Of a stretch of DNA of 64,000 nucleotides, positions 1 through 13,450 are shown in pieces (the first letter of the stretch is position 1; each line of letters opens with the position of its first letter). The notes under the pieces were generated by a model that worked only from the letters and a program-made list of their open reading frames with translations, did no database searches and was not told the DNA's origin. Source of the DNA: Scyliorhinus canicula (taxonomy: Eukaryota); assembly GCF_902713615.1 (NCBI RefSeq), contig NW_024056013.1:891420-955419 (forward strand). The letters run 5' to 3'. The position numbers were made by a program, and so were the translations under genes.

Positions 1-99
1 TTGTGGCAACCAGTTATATATTATGACGTCTCTCTGTGGAGATAACATTTTACTAAAGGTCGTGTGCTTTCAATTATTGGCTCTTTTACTTTTAGGACA

Positions 100-303
100 T
101 TGTTCTAGCTCAGAGAACTAACCAGCTGGTTTGTGATTCAAAATAAGGCCAGCGCAGATTCAATTCCCGTAGCAGCTGAAAATTCTGAATTCTCCCTCTG
201 TGTACCTGAACAGGCGCCGGAATGTGGCGACTCGGGACTTTCAACAGTAACTTCATTGCAGTGTTAATGTTTGCCTTCTTGTGACAATAAAGATTTATTT
301 CTT
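100..303 (+). mobile_element. tRNA-derived SINE (family ending GTGACAATAAAGATT)
   Basis: B-box-like TTCAATTCCC and GGCGCCGGAATGTGGCGACT body; relatives at 1095-1262(+), 6645-6790(-), 62050-62185(-), 63135-63240(-). Confidence 0.7.
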
Positions 304-515
304 TATTTTATACTCACTCTTCTGCCGAGTTAATATAGTCAGTTTCTGGTGCGGCTGGTTCTTTCAGCGGCAATTTCTTCACATGCACTGGAATCACTTT
401 GTCCCATTTTCAAGGAAACCTCAGATAATTCGTCTTGTCGATATCGCAATCGCCATCATTCAAATCAATAATATCCTGAATATCTCCGATTAACTACGGC
501 TGCGTAATGTATGCA

Positions 516-832
516 TAGAATCCATAGAATCCAGACAGTGCAGAAGGAGGCTAATCGGCCCATGGAGTCTGCATCGACCCACAAAGCGAACGTCACCTAG
601 GCTTTGTTCTATCCCCGTAACCCCACCTAACTTGTACATTTATGGACACTAAGGGTCAATGTATAATGGTCAATGCACGAAACCTGCACATCTTTGGACT
701 GTGGGAGGAAACCGGAGCACCCGGTGGAAACCCACGCAGACACGGAGCGAACGTCCGACTTCACACTCAAGGAAGGACTCAACCCCCGGTCCCAGGCGCT
801 GTGAGGCAGCAGTGCTTACCACTGTGTCACAG
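516..832 (-). mobile_element. HE1-like tRNA-derived SINE with CR1-type tail
   Basis: GTGGGAGGAAACCGGAGCACCCGG core; similar copies at 8150-8442(-) and 9523-9845(-). Confidence 0.75.
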
Positions 833-1330
833 TTGCGCTATATTCGTCAATTTAACGCATAATCTTTTAGATTGTGATTTTTTTTCAATATTTCCTAATC
901 CTTATCTGCAGCCATGCTACCTAATTTGCTTTTCCAGTTAAGGCTAGCAAACTGGCCCTTCCTACTTGCATGCTTGTCAATAATTAAACTTTAGATCTCT
1001 GTCCCGAGCTGAACTGCACCTCTTTCAAATTTAACCGGTAATTATATTATATTATGCTCTTCGGGACAGCGCAGGGAAATTAGAATAACAGGATTTCAGC
1101 GTGTTTAGCTCAGTTGGCTGGGCAGTTGGTTTGTAATACAGAATAAGGCCAACAGGGCAGGGTCAATTCCCGTGCTAGCTTACGCAGATAGGCGCCGGAG
1201 TATGGCGACTAGGGGCTTTTCACAGTAACTTCATACTTGTGACAACAAAAGATTATTATTATTTCTCTCCAGACAGCGGGACATGGACTTGATGGGCCGA
1301 AATGGCCTCCATTTAGGATAGCACGTTCAG

Positions 1331-4300
1331 TGAGTTGGTCACACCGCAGATTATGATTGGTGACGGAGACAGGGAATGGGTGACCAAAAGGCAGAGAAAG
1401 AGCAGGAAGGCAGTGCAGGTGTCCCCTGCGGCCATCTCCCTCCAAAACAGGTATATCATTTTGTATACTGTTGGGGGAGATGTCTCACCAGGGGAAGGCA
1501 GTAGTAGCCAGGCTCATGGCACCGTGGCTAGCTCTGCTGCACAGAAGGGCGGGAAAAAGACTGGCAGGGCTATAGTCATAGGGGATTCAATTGTAAGGGG
1601 AGTAGACAGGCGTTTCTGTGGTCGAAAACGAGACTCCCGAATGGTATGTTGTCTCCCGGGTGCACGGGTCAGGGATGTCTCCGATCGGCTGCAGGACATA
1701 CTGAAGGGGGAGGGTGAACAGCCAGTTGTCGTGGTGCATATAGGCACCAACGATATAGGTTAAAAAAAAGGGATGAGGCCCTACAATCAGAATTTAGGGA
1801 GTTAGGAGATAAGTTATAAAGTAGGACCTCAAATGTAGTAATCTCAGGATTGCTACCAGTGCCACGGGACAGTCAGAGTAGAAATTCAAGAATAGTCAGA
1901 ATGAATACGTGGCTTGAGAGACGGTGCAGGAGGGAGGGGTTCAGATTTTTGGGATATTGGAACCGGTTCTGGGGGCAGTGGTCCATTACAAACCGGATGT
2001 TCTACACCTGGGCAGGACTGGAACCAATTTCCTAGGGTATGCTTTTGCTAACACTGTTGGGGAGGTTTTAAACTAATGTGGCAGGGGGATGGGAACCAGA
2101 TTAGGAAGTTAGAGGTCAGTAAAGAAGCAGCAACTAAAGCTGGTAAGGTACGAGATAATAAACTCCATGTGACTAAGGGGCAGAGTCGACAGGGAAGAGA
2201 TGATGAACGCAAAGGGACAGGTGGTCTGTCGTGCATTTGTTTTAATGCGAGAAGTGTAGCAGGTAAGGCAGATGAACTTAGGGCTTGGATCAGTACCTGG
2301 GGATATGATGTTATTGGTATTACTGAGACTTGGTTGAGGGAAGGGCAGGACTGGCAACTAAATATCCCAGGGTATAGATGCTTCAGGAGGGATAGAGAGG
2401 GAGGTAGAAGGGGTGGAGGAGTTGCATTACTCTTCAGAGATGATATCACAGCTGTGATTAAGGAGGGCACGATAGAGGATTCGACCACTGAGGCAATATG
2501 GGTGGAGGTAAGAAATAGGAAGGGTGCAGTAACATTGTTGGGACTTTACTACAGGCTTCCCAAAAGTGAGCACGAAGTAGAGGTACAAATATGCAGACAG
2601 ATTATAGAAAAATGTAGGAGCAATAGGGTGGTTGTGATGGGAGATTTTAACTTCTCCAACATTGAATGGGATTCGTGTAGTGTTGGAGGAGTAGATGGAG
2701 CAGAGTTTGTAAGGAGCATCCAGGAGAGTTTTTTAGAGCAGTATGTAAATAGACCAACTCGGGAAGGGGCCACACTGGACCTGGTATTGGGGAGTGATCC
2801 CGGCCATGTGGTTGATGTTTCAGTCGGTGATTACTTTGGGAATAGCGATCACAATTCCGTAAGTTTTAGAATACTCATGGACAAGGACAAAGAGTGGTCC
2901 GAAGGAGAGTGCTAAATTGGGGAAAGGCAGAGTATAACAAAATTCGGCAGGAGCTAGGGAATGTGGATTGGGAGCAGCTGTTTAAGGATAAATTCACATT
3001 TGAAATGTGGGAGTCTTTTAAGGAAAGGTTGATTACAGTGCAGGACAGACATGTTCCTGTGAAAATGAGAGATAGAAATGGCAGATTAGGGAACCATGGA
3101 TGACGGATGAAATTGTGAGATTAGCTAAGATGCAAAAAGGAAGCATATGTAAGAGCGAGGCGACTCAAAACTGATGAAGCTTGGAGGAATATCGGGAAAG
3201 TAGGACGAACTCTCAAACGCGCAATAAAGAGGGCTAAAAGGGGCCATGAAAGACCTTTGGCTAACAGGGTTAAGGAAAACCCCAAAGCATTTTATTCGTA
3301 TGTAAGGAGCAAGAGGGTAACTAGAGAAAGGATTGGCCCATTTAAAGACAAAAGTGGGAATTTATGCGTGGACTCAGAGGAAATTGGTGAGATTCTTAAT
3401 AAGTACTTTGCATCGGTATTCACAAAGGAGAGGGACAAGATGGATGTTGAGGCTAGGGATGGATGTTTAAATACTCTCGGTCAAGTTGTCATACGGAAAG
3501 GGGAAGTTTTGGGTATTCTAAAAGACATTAAGGTGGACAAGTCCCCAGGACCGGATGGGATCTATCCCAGGTTACTGGAGAATTGCTAATGTTGTCCCTT
3601 TGTTTAAGAAGGGTAGCAGGGATAATCCAGGGAATTATAGACCTGTGAGCTTGACGTCAGTGGCAGGCAAACTGTTGGAGAAGACACTGAGGGATAGACT
3701 TTATTCACATCTGGAAGAAAATAGACTTATCAGTGATAAGCAGCATGGTTTTGTGCAGGGAAGGTCATGTCTTACAAACCTATAGAATTCTTTGAGGAAG
3801 TGACAAAGTTAATTGATGAGGGAAGGGCTGTAGCTGTCGTATACATGGACTTTAGTAAGGCGTTTGATAAGGTTTCCCATGGCAGGTTGATGGAAAAAGT
3901 GAAGTCGTATGGGGGTTCAGGGTGTACTAGCTAGATGGATAAAGAACTGGCTGGCAACAGGGGACAGAGAGTAGTGGTGGGAAGGGAGTGTCTCAAAATG
4001 GAGAAGGGTGACTAGTGGTGTTCCACAGGGATCCGTGCTCAGACCACTGTTGTTTGTGATCTACATAAATGATCTGGACGAAGGTAATAGGTGTCTGATT
4101 AGCAAGTTTGGCAGATGATACTAAGATTGGTGGGGTTGCAGATAGCGAGGAGGACTGTCAGAGAATACAACAAAGTATAGATAGATTGGAGAGTTGGGCA
4201 GAGAAATGGCAGATGGAGTTCAATCCAGGCAAATGCGAGGTGATGCATTTTGGAAGATCAAATTCAAGAGCGGACTATATGATCAATGGAAGGGTCTTGG

Positions 4301-5029
4301 GGGAAATTGATGTGCAGAGAGATCTGGGAGTTCAGGTCCATTATACCGTGAAGGTGGTAACGCAGGTTGATAGAGTGGTCAAGAAGCCATACAGCATGCT
4401 TGCCTTCATCTGACGGGGTATTGATGACAAGAGTTAGCAGGTCATGTTACAGTTGTATAGGGCTTTGGTTCGGCCACATTTGGAATACTGCGTGCAGTTC
4501 TGGTCGTACATTACCAGAAGGATGTGGATGCCTTGGAGAGGGTGCAGAGGAGGTTCACCAGGATGTTGCCTGGTATGGAGGGTGCTAGCTATGAAGAAAG
4601 GTTGAGTAGATTAGGATTGTTTTCGTTGGAAAGACGGAGGTTGAGGGGGGACCTGATTGAGGTCTACAAAATTATGAGAGGTATGGACAGGGTGGACAGC
4701 AACAAGCTTTTCCCAAGAGTGGGGGTGTCAGTTACAAGGGATCACGATTTCAAGGTGAGAGGGGGAAAGTTTAAGGGAGATGTGCGTGCAAAGTTTTTTA
4801 CGCAGAGGGTGGTGGGTGCCTGGAATGCTTTACCAGCGGAGGTGGTAGAGGCGGGCACGATAGCATCATTTAAGAAGCATCTAGACAGGTATATGAATGG
4901 GCGGGAACAGAGGGAAGTAGACCTTGGAAAATAGGCAACAGGTTTACATAAAGGATCTGGATCGGCGCAGGCTGGGAGGGCCGAAGGGCCTGTTCCTGTG
5001 CTGTAATTTTCTTTGTTCTTTGTTCTTTG
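1331..5029 (+). mobile_element. 5'-truncated CR1-clade LINE with ORF1 esterase (GDSIVR...HIGTND), AP endonuclease and RT; decayed
   Basis: CFNARS, ETW, GDFN, DFSKAFDKV and ADDTK motifs across several frames; 3' (TTCTTTG)n tail. Confidence 0.93.
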
Positions 5030-7689
5030 AACAGATTCACATTTCAGGTGGATTACCTCACTGATATAATTCTAACGAGCAGAGGTGCTTTTCCCAGTAT
5101 CTTGGACCAAAGTCCGTTCTTCATCTAAAATCACAGATTAGCTGGTTACTTGTCACTTCTCCATGTGTGGGCGCTTGCTGTGCACAAATTCCATGCTGTT
5201 TCCAACATTACAGCAGTGACTAAATTCAGCAAAAATAAGGGCCATTGGGATGACCTGAGGTCGGGTGAAGCATTTTATAAAAGCAAGCTCTTTCCAACTG
5301 TTTACATTTTAACATGCAATTTGCAATGTGTCGAGAGATCTGAGATTAATGTGACTATTGATATCTCCTCTGCCTGCTGTTTTAATTTATCTATTTTAAA
5401 TTGGTTAATATTTCAATAAAATTAATATTCTGTGGGAAAGTAGGTGGTTAAATATGCTTAATTAATTGAGGCTTCATAATTTCGGAATGAATACTTAATT
5501 TAAATGTATTTTTTCTTTCAATTAAGTAACATCTGTTGTAATGGAAGTTTCTATTCATTTTAACCAACTGTCAATATTCTTAAAATAAACCGCTATTTTG
5601 AGTTGAAACTAATCAATACGTGATTGTGTTTACCTGGTTTTGCTGAAATGAACACTTCATTGTGACTAGTGAGGTGTGTATGTAAATAAACACAGAAATA
5701 GAAGTCCCAGATTAGATTGTGGACTGAGAAAAATGAAACAAATGTTTCCCCACCAACACAGCACAGAAATAGAGCCAATGATGCAAATAGATCAACGGAT
5801 TCCAGTATTGATTGTTTTTCGACATTTTTTATACATCAGTTATATGAGAAAAAAATCATGATGATAAGCATGTTCAGAATTAGAAAAGATTCCCTCTAAT
5901 CTCTAAATATATGGACATGCGAAATGTGTTCGTTGAGTTTTCCTGTATCCTATCTCTCTCTCGCTCTCTCTATTTCTCATAACTGCTTCTGCCTCATGTC
6001 TCTCCACGATGGGTCATTGTGTTTAATCGACAACATGAAGTCAACATGTGGCCAATACATTTTCTCAGCCCGATCTCACCCCGTTGGCTTACAACTAGAT
6101 GGATTGAATCCAATGAATTGGAATACATAGAGGGATTTAACTCTAAATTGTGGTTGGAGCATTCATGACCTTGGAGTGTTTAATGAGAACTGCAGAGACA
6201 ATTTTACTCTGTATCTAATTTGGGCTCCACCTGGTGGCGACGATTTGAGGTGGGAGGGCCGAAGAATTTTCCTTGTACTTCACCAAGCTGCCGTGACCTT
6301 GGAGCATTTGATTGCCCAGGGTGGAGTAAGATTTACTTGCATGTCACCTGCACGGAATCTGCCCTGTGAGTGTTTGTTATGACTGTGCACAGGGAGATTT
6401 ACTCTGTACCTGAACTATGCTGTACCTGACCTGGGTGAGTTTTAGGGAAAAATGCACAGGTTTCTTCACCCAGTAAATGCACAGGTTTCTTTATCCCATT
6501 GTCAAACTGTCTTGGGGATCTCTGAGGAAGAGTGCAGAAGAGGTTTTACCTGACATAGAACCCTTGCTTTCCAGACCTTTAATGTGTTTAAGCGAGTTAT
6601 GTAGAGGGAATTTCATTCTATATAACAATAGCTTATTTTCACAAGTAGTGACTGTGAAGTTACTGTAAAAAGCCCCTAGTCGCCAGATTCCGGCGCCTGT
6701 TCGGGGAGCCCAGTATGGGAATTGAACCCGCGCTGATGGCATTGTTCTGCATTGCAAGCCAGCTATTTACCCCACTGTGTTAAATCAGCCCCCCTTACAA
6801 TCTGCAGCTGCACTGGGAATGTATGATGGGGGCAGTGTGATTGAAGAAGTCCTGGCGAAGTCATGGCTCCAACCAGTGAAACAACTGTCCTGCGAGTGTT
6901 TGAAGGGACAGTCGGCCCTGCCTCTGTATTGTACCAGGCCGTACTCTGTTTGTGTTATACCACCTCGTACCTGTGTCTGTTTATATTCAATAAGGACCTT
7001 TTTCTGTTTGTTCATATTAAACTAGGCCACCAATTAGAGGACATGTCTTGATCAATAAGGAGTTCAGGGGTTATTGGGAGAAGGCAGGAGAATGGGGATG
7101 AGGAACATATCGGCCATGATTTAATGGCGGAGCGGCCTCGATGGGTCGAATGGGCTAATTCTACTCCTATATCTAATGGATTTATGGACCCTGTTTGTCT
7201 CTGTTTAGATTAACCTAGATCCTGACTCTGTTTCTATTAATTTAATCATGTCTTTGTTTGTATTACATTAGATACAGCCTCAGTACTGCACTGGGCCATG
7301 TCTCTGTTCATATTAAATTGGACCCGACCTCAGTCATTGCTGCGGTAGACCATGCACAGTAATGTAGAAAGTGGCTGGGGTGGAAATTGTGAAGATAAAA
7401 AAAAACTGAGGGAACAGTAATAATGTAAAATTCTTTAGCGAGCAATGCTAATCTATGTCCAGATAAACGTCAGAATATGTCTTGTCAGCACCCTAGATGT
7501 GTGTACATACAACTGCAGATCTCTCTGATCTTCTTGCAGCCACTTCAAATTGTACAACTGAACTTCCATTGCCTGGGCCCAGTGCAATAAACTAAGGGAA
7601 TGGAATAGTTGTAATTGTGAAACATAAACAAAGGACCATTAGATAAATAACTGAGACAGAAGCTAATGTTGCAGCAACATTCATTCTCT

Positions 7690-7910
7690 TCACAGCAGGC
7701 ACACAGTAGCTGCATTGTGTAACATCGACGGGATGCACTGCAGCAACTCGTCAAGAATTTTCAACAGCACCTTCCATACCCGAGACCTCCGAGAATCACA
7801 AGGGCAACAAGCACATGGGAACCTAATACTCTGCATCCTCCTACACATACAACTCTCTGGGGTAGGAATTGGTTTTGGGCACTGGCAAAGAAGAAATGCC
7901 AACTGAAATC
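7690..7910 (+). mobile_element. Short LINE 3' fragment (same family)
   Basis: GATGCACTGCAGCAACTC...CACCTTCCA...GGGAAC similarity to 50120-50230. Confidence 0.6.
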
Positions 7911-9029
7911 TAATTCTGCTGACTGAACTGAAAATGAATATCAAACGTTGCATAGCACACACTGTAGACACTATTCATCCCGTTTCAGGCTGTTGCTAAA
8001 TACTGATTTCTTGTCCAAAATATGTATTTATTATTTTATATTTCCATCTCAAGGACATGTGGAATAACGCGCCCACGGTTAAAAGCAGAGGCATCATCTG
8101 GTGCATTAATAAAAGTGAGCAGGTCTCGGAAAAAATAGACAGATTCAGGATCAAATATAGTATCCCTACAGGGCAGATTGTCACTCGGCCCATGGCATCT
8201 GCACCAACCTATGAAAGATCACCCTCCCCAATCCCCTGCCCAGCCCATCTCTGGACACTAACGGGCAATTTAGAATGGCCAATAAACTTAATCTACACAT
8301 CTTTGGACTATGGGAGGAAGCCGGAGCACCCGGAGGAAAGCCACTCAGACACAGGGGGAAAGTACAAACTCCACACGATAGTCAAGAATTGAACCCTGGA
8401 GCTATGAGGCAGCAGTGCTAACCATTGTATCACCGTGCCGCCGGTAACATAAGCAGAGACTGGGTCTAGTGCAATCTAAACTGAGTTCTGGTCTAGCGGA
8501 GTGTCGACTGATAGAAATTGAGACATAAACAATGCAGCAATAAGAAGGACATTGTATAATACAAGAATAACAGGCAGAGCCGAGTGTGAGATAAACAGGG
8601 ACATGGGCAGGTGCAGCGTTAACTAAAGCAGGATTGAGTTTATTAGAATCTAACGATCTAGTAGAGTAATAACTGAGACTGAACCACGTGATGCAAACAG
8701 AATGTTGTTCCAGTTACGATGCACAGATAAACGTTCTGATGCTGTAACCATTGTGACGTGTTTCTTGCCAGATTAACCCAGACATGTGGCAGTGCCGTCA
8801 TTATTAATGATTTGTAATATAAACAGGGTGTGGGCTGGTATATTAATAACTGATATTCAGCCGAGTGCAGGAAAACTGAGACAGAGCCTGTTGCAATGTG
8901 ATAGAGACACGGCCGAGAGTAATGTAAACCGAGGCGGATGCTAGGTGAATGTAAGCAGAGAAATGATGTGTTTAAAATGATGTAATGGGATTTTGGCTTC
9001 GCCAGTAACGTCAGAATGTGGTGTTGAGC

Positions 9030-10250
9030 CCTCTTACTGAAGCATTGCATTGATATTGAGTAAATACACCCACAGTGCTGATAGGAAGGGAGTTCCATGA
9101 GTTTGACCAGTGACGGCGAAGGAACAGAGACATAGTTCCCATCAAGATGGTGCGGGGAACTTGCAGGTCCTGCTGTTACAATGAATCTGCCGGGCCTGCT
9201 CCTTTTAGATGGCTGAGTTCGCGGGTTTGGAAGGTGCTAATTGCTGTAGTAGATCTTTGTATATCGTTCACGCTGCTAGAATTGTACATCCGTGATTCAG
9301 GGAGTGAATATTTAAGTTGGTGGATGGGGTGTTCGTCGATGGCTGCTTTGTCTTGGATGACGTCGCGATTCTCGAAATTGAGGAACACATTTCAGACAAA
9401 TGGAGAACATTCAATTAAACTCCTGACTTCTGCCGTATAGATGATGGATAGGATTTGGGAAGTCAGGAGGTGAGATACTCACCGCAGTATTTCTAGCCAC
9501 TTACCTGCTCTTGCAGCCATATTAGAACAGCACAGCACAGAAGAGGCCCTTCGGCCCTCGATGTTGTGCCGAGCAATGATCACCCTACTTAAACCCACGT
9601 AACCCGTATACCCGTAACCCAACAATCCCCCCATTAACCTTACACTACGGGCAATTTAGCATGGCCAATCCACCTAACCCGCACATCTTTGGACTGTGGG
9701 AGGAAACCGGAGCACCCGGAGGAAACCCACGCACACACAGGGAGGATGTGCAGACTCCACACAGACAGTGACCCAGCCGGGAATCGAACCTGGGACCCTG
9801 GAGCTGTGAAGCATTGATGCTAACCACCATGCTACCGTGAGGCCCATTGTTACACATTGTTGGGTACATGTCAGTGCTATACCTGCACTGGAGCAACTTG
9901 TCTGGGGCGCAGCCAGTTCCAGGCCACACATCTTCAGTCTTGTTGCTGGAATGCTGCCAGGAATAATAACATTAGCAGCGCCGTCAGCCGTTTGTTGATA
10001 TCATGTGGAGTGAATCAAATTTGCTGAAGACTGACATCCATGATGATGCAGACCACCGGAGGAGGCCGAGATGGATCATCCTCTCGGCACCTCTGGCAGA
10101 AACTTTCAGTCTTGTTTTTTGCATTGACGTGCTGGGCTCCCCCATAACTGAAGAGGGGGATTTTATTGAGGCTCCTATTCCATCTTTTTGTTTATTTATT
10201 CATTACTATTCAGGACTGGATGTGGCAAAACTGCAAAGGCAGATCCGAAA
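9030..10250 (-). mobile_element. Degraded LINE fragment (same family) interrupted by a SINE at 9523-9845
   Basis: IQDKAA motif and similarity to the 49-50-kb copy. Confidence 0.65.
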
Positions 10251-12599
10251 CATTGAAAATGGGATCACAGCGATTATGTGGCATACACATTGAGATGTAC
10301 TGGTGCAGTATTAATTGAAACAGAGTGTCGTGTATTATAAACAAAGACAGAGTCTAGTCTAACAAAAATACAGATGGAATCCAATTTAAAACTAACATAG
10401 ACGGGGATCACTGCATTAATTATTGAGTTAATGCCCACTTCATGTCTCGTCAGGCATCTCGATGTAAATGCCATCTGCTGGCCAAACTGTGCAATTGCAG
10501 TTACTGCGAAATGTCACTGTCAGGTATGATCCATGATGATGATGTATCACTAATCCTTTTTCCACAAACGTAATACCACATCGCCTTCTGCGGGAGATGC
10601 CAAAATATAAGGTGTAACTAATTGCAGGTGTCGCTGGCTGATTCTCCCACATTGAGATAATAAACAGAGCAAAGCTGCTCAATTCCTTGTCATGCATTTA
10701 TGTTCATCTTTGTTAAATAGAGGAATGTTTAACTGGGCGCTGTATGGAGTCCATGGGACATTCATCTAACAAACATAGTATTGGGGAGAGTTTATTGGTT
10801 CACTATACCACCTGGAAAACGGTTGGGATCAATGTCTCCGAAGCTTCCCAGGAAGTTAACATGGGATGATAATTTTAACCGGGAAATGTTGGTGTGCGCG
10901 TAAGACAGAGAGAATGCGTGTGTGAGAGACTGTGTGTGTGTGTCTGTGTTTGTGTGAAACACATGTTGCGTACAACTAAATTTCACAAAGGCCATGGCAT
11001 CCTTATATTTCCAATAAGATACACCGCAAATATTTCCACAAATGTAGCACATGAAGCTCCCAATTGTCGATCTGGGTTGTCATTTTCTCGGTTTGTGTCT
11101 ATTTCAAACCTGCTAAATCCACTGGTCCTGGTGGTTCACACCAGCCCAGCGGAAGTGCCGCCATGTTTCCGTTTGCAGCTGGTGACACCCAGTTGCGATG
11201 TTCAATGTTTAGGCTTCGGGACATTATGTCACACTTGGAAGAATCCTTGAAGTGGAATATCGGCCTTCCCACTGGGTGCGTGGCTCCAGCTACTTCGCAA
11301 AGTGGAAATTCCTTGGTCGTGTGACCATGGCCGATTTAGGGACCAGACTGGAAATGTGCAAACCACCTCTTTTTATCTTGGAGAGACTTGGATGCTCTGT
11401 CTTTGAGAGAACTGCTGCATTTCTGATTGTGTCCGGCCAGTAAATATCCATAATGCATTGCGGGCAACAAAGATGACATTGGCTGAGCTATTTTTCTTCA
11501 CAGCTGTAAGTGTTCTTTGTTTCACAGACAGACAGCAAAGTTCTGAGAGTTCAGGCCTTATAAACCATCAGCTTGTGCCAATGGGTCAGCTTGATGTTAT
11601 TCAATGGACATTTAATGAGTGAAACAAAGGTCGTGTCTGCTTTCCCCATGCCAGCATCACATTCTACATCAAGGCAGTCTCTCACCGTGGAAACCAGGGA
11701 GCGGAATCTGCTCACCTGCTCTTATTTAGTGCGACCATGGCGAAAGTGCAACACCTGTCCCACGGCCACGGCTTTTCTCATGCTTATGGTAAGGAAGAAC
11801 AAGTTACAGGCACCGGGGACAAAGTACATGAGTCTCTGTAGCTGATGTTTTGTTTAGATGATCGAATGTTTAGCGTAGAGGAATTATCTGATGAGGATGT
11901 ATTGTGATTATGTCTCCGTTTTGATAACTGAGAGGTTGTAGAGGTTGCAGCCTGGCCGAGTGTGCAAGTGGACTTCACCCATACCTTCAGGGAAGGCGAA
12001 GATCAGCAGCATGGAGAGGAAGCTGCCGAATAGAGTTGGGTGGCGGACACGATCCTCTTTCATTCAATTATTCACGTAGAATCATTCGGAAGTGGAATCA
12101 TCAATCTGTACAATGCAGTGCATTTTCCCATGGAAGGAGTGAATGAGACAGAGGAGCTTTTGCAGACAGCCAATTTCCCCCCAATCATATAGTCCCTTCT
12201 CCGCGGAGAGTGTCGAATGTTTATTGAGATTGACGAAAGTAAGGTGAAGAGGTAGGCATGTGGCAGAGGGAGCAGATCATGTCCAGAGTAGATATTGCGA
12301 CGCAAACACAGCACCTTTCTTCCAGCAACATTCGGCCTGCAAGCAGATGAAGTGTTTAAAGTGTGAAGCCAGCAAATGCCTTTCCGGTGCTGCTATGAGT
12401 GAGATATGTCAATTGTTGCTGCAGTTTCCTCTGTTCACTTTGTTTTCAGATATTGGTTGCGATTTTGCATCATGAATCTCCTGTGGGATGCCTTTTCCAC
12501 AGAGAAGGCGGAAGCCATAAATGTTCAGAAACATAGCAATTATTTTAATTCATTTATGAATATAAATAATTATACTCACCAATTGCCATCGTTCCACAA

Positions 12600-13450
12600 A
12601 GTACAGTTTTGAATTAAGTTATACGGCGTGGGTATCGAGGGCGAGGCCATGACATATTGTCCATCGCTAAATGCCTTTCACAAAGGCGGTGAACTGCCTG
12701 TTTGAACCTCTGCAGTCGCTCTGGTGTAGGTACACCGACGCTGCTGTTAGGGAGGCAGCTGTAGGTTTTTGAACCAGCAACAGCGAAGATTCGGTGATAT
12801 ATTTCCAAGTCAGGATAGTGAGTGATTTGGAGGTAGATCTCTTCACCTTACTTTCATCAATCTCAATAAACATTCGACATCGTCAGCAGAGCAGGGACTA
12901 TACGATTTGGAGGGGAATTTCCAGGTGGTGATCTTCCCATGTGTCAGCTGCCTTTTACTTCCAGAAGGTTCTGGTCCTGGGTTTTCAAGGTATTTCAACG
13001 GAGAATTGCTGCGTGCCTGCAGTGCATCTTGTGGGTGGTACATTATTGTAATTGTTCTTCGGTGGTGGATAGAATGAGTGTTTACACATAGGGTGACAAT
13101 CAAGCAGGGCAGCTTTGGCCTGGATGGTGTCGAGCTTTTTGAATTTTGTTGGAGCTGCACCCAGCCAGGCAACCGGAAAGTATTTAATTGCATTCCTGAC
13201 AGCCTTGTAAATAGTGAACAGGCTTTGGGAGTCGGGAGATGAGTTGCTCGCCATAGGCTTCGTAGACCCTGAACGGATCTTGTAGCCTCAGCATTTATAT
13301 GGTCAGTCCAGTACAGTTTGTGGTCAATGGTAACCCCAGTGTATTGATCGTGGGGAATACAGCGATGGCAATATCACTGAATGTCAAGGAGCGATGGTTA
13401 GATTCTATTTTGCTGGAAATGGTCATTGTTTAGCAATTCCGTGGCGAATG
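12600..13450 (-). mobile_element. Degraded LINE fragment (same family), minus strand
   Basis: Reverse-frame AWLGAAPTKFKKLDTIQAKAA matches the 49967 ORF. Confidence 0.75.

Noticed and set aside
6160-9030. Degenerate CTGTA/GATAAACAG-type motifs on opposite strands (6.2-7.3 kb versus 8.5-9.0 kb)
   Set aside because: Look like decayed satellite-like repeats; no defined unit or terminal structure could be established
12290-12530. Faint resemblance to a Harbinger-type nuclease N-terminus (FFQQHS...SEICQLLLQ)
   Set aside because: Too degenerate to support by eye; needs a tBLASTn or HMM search
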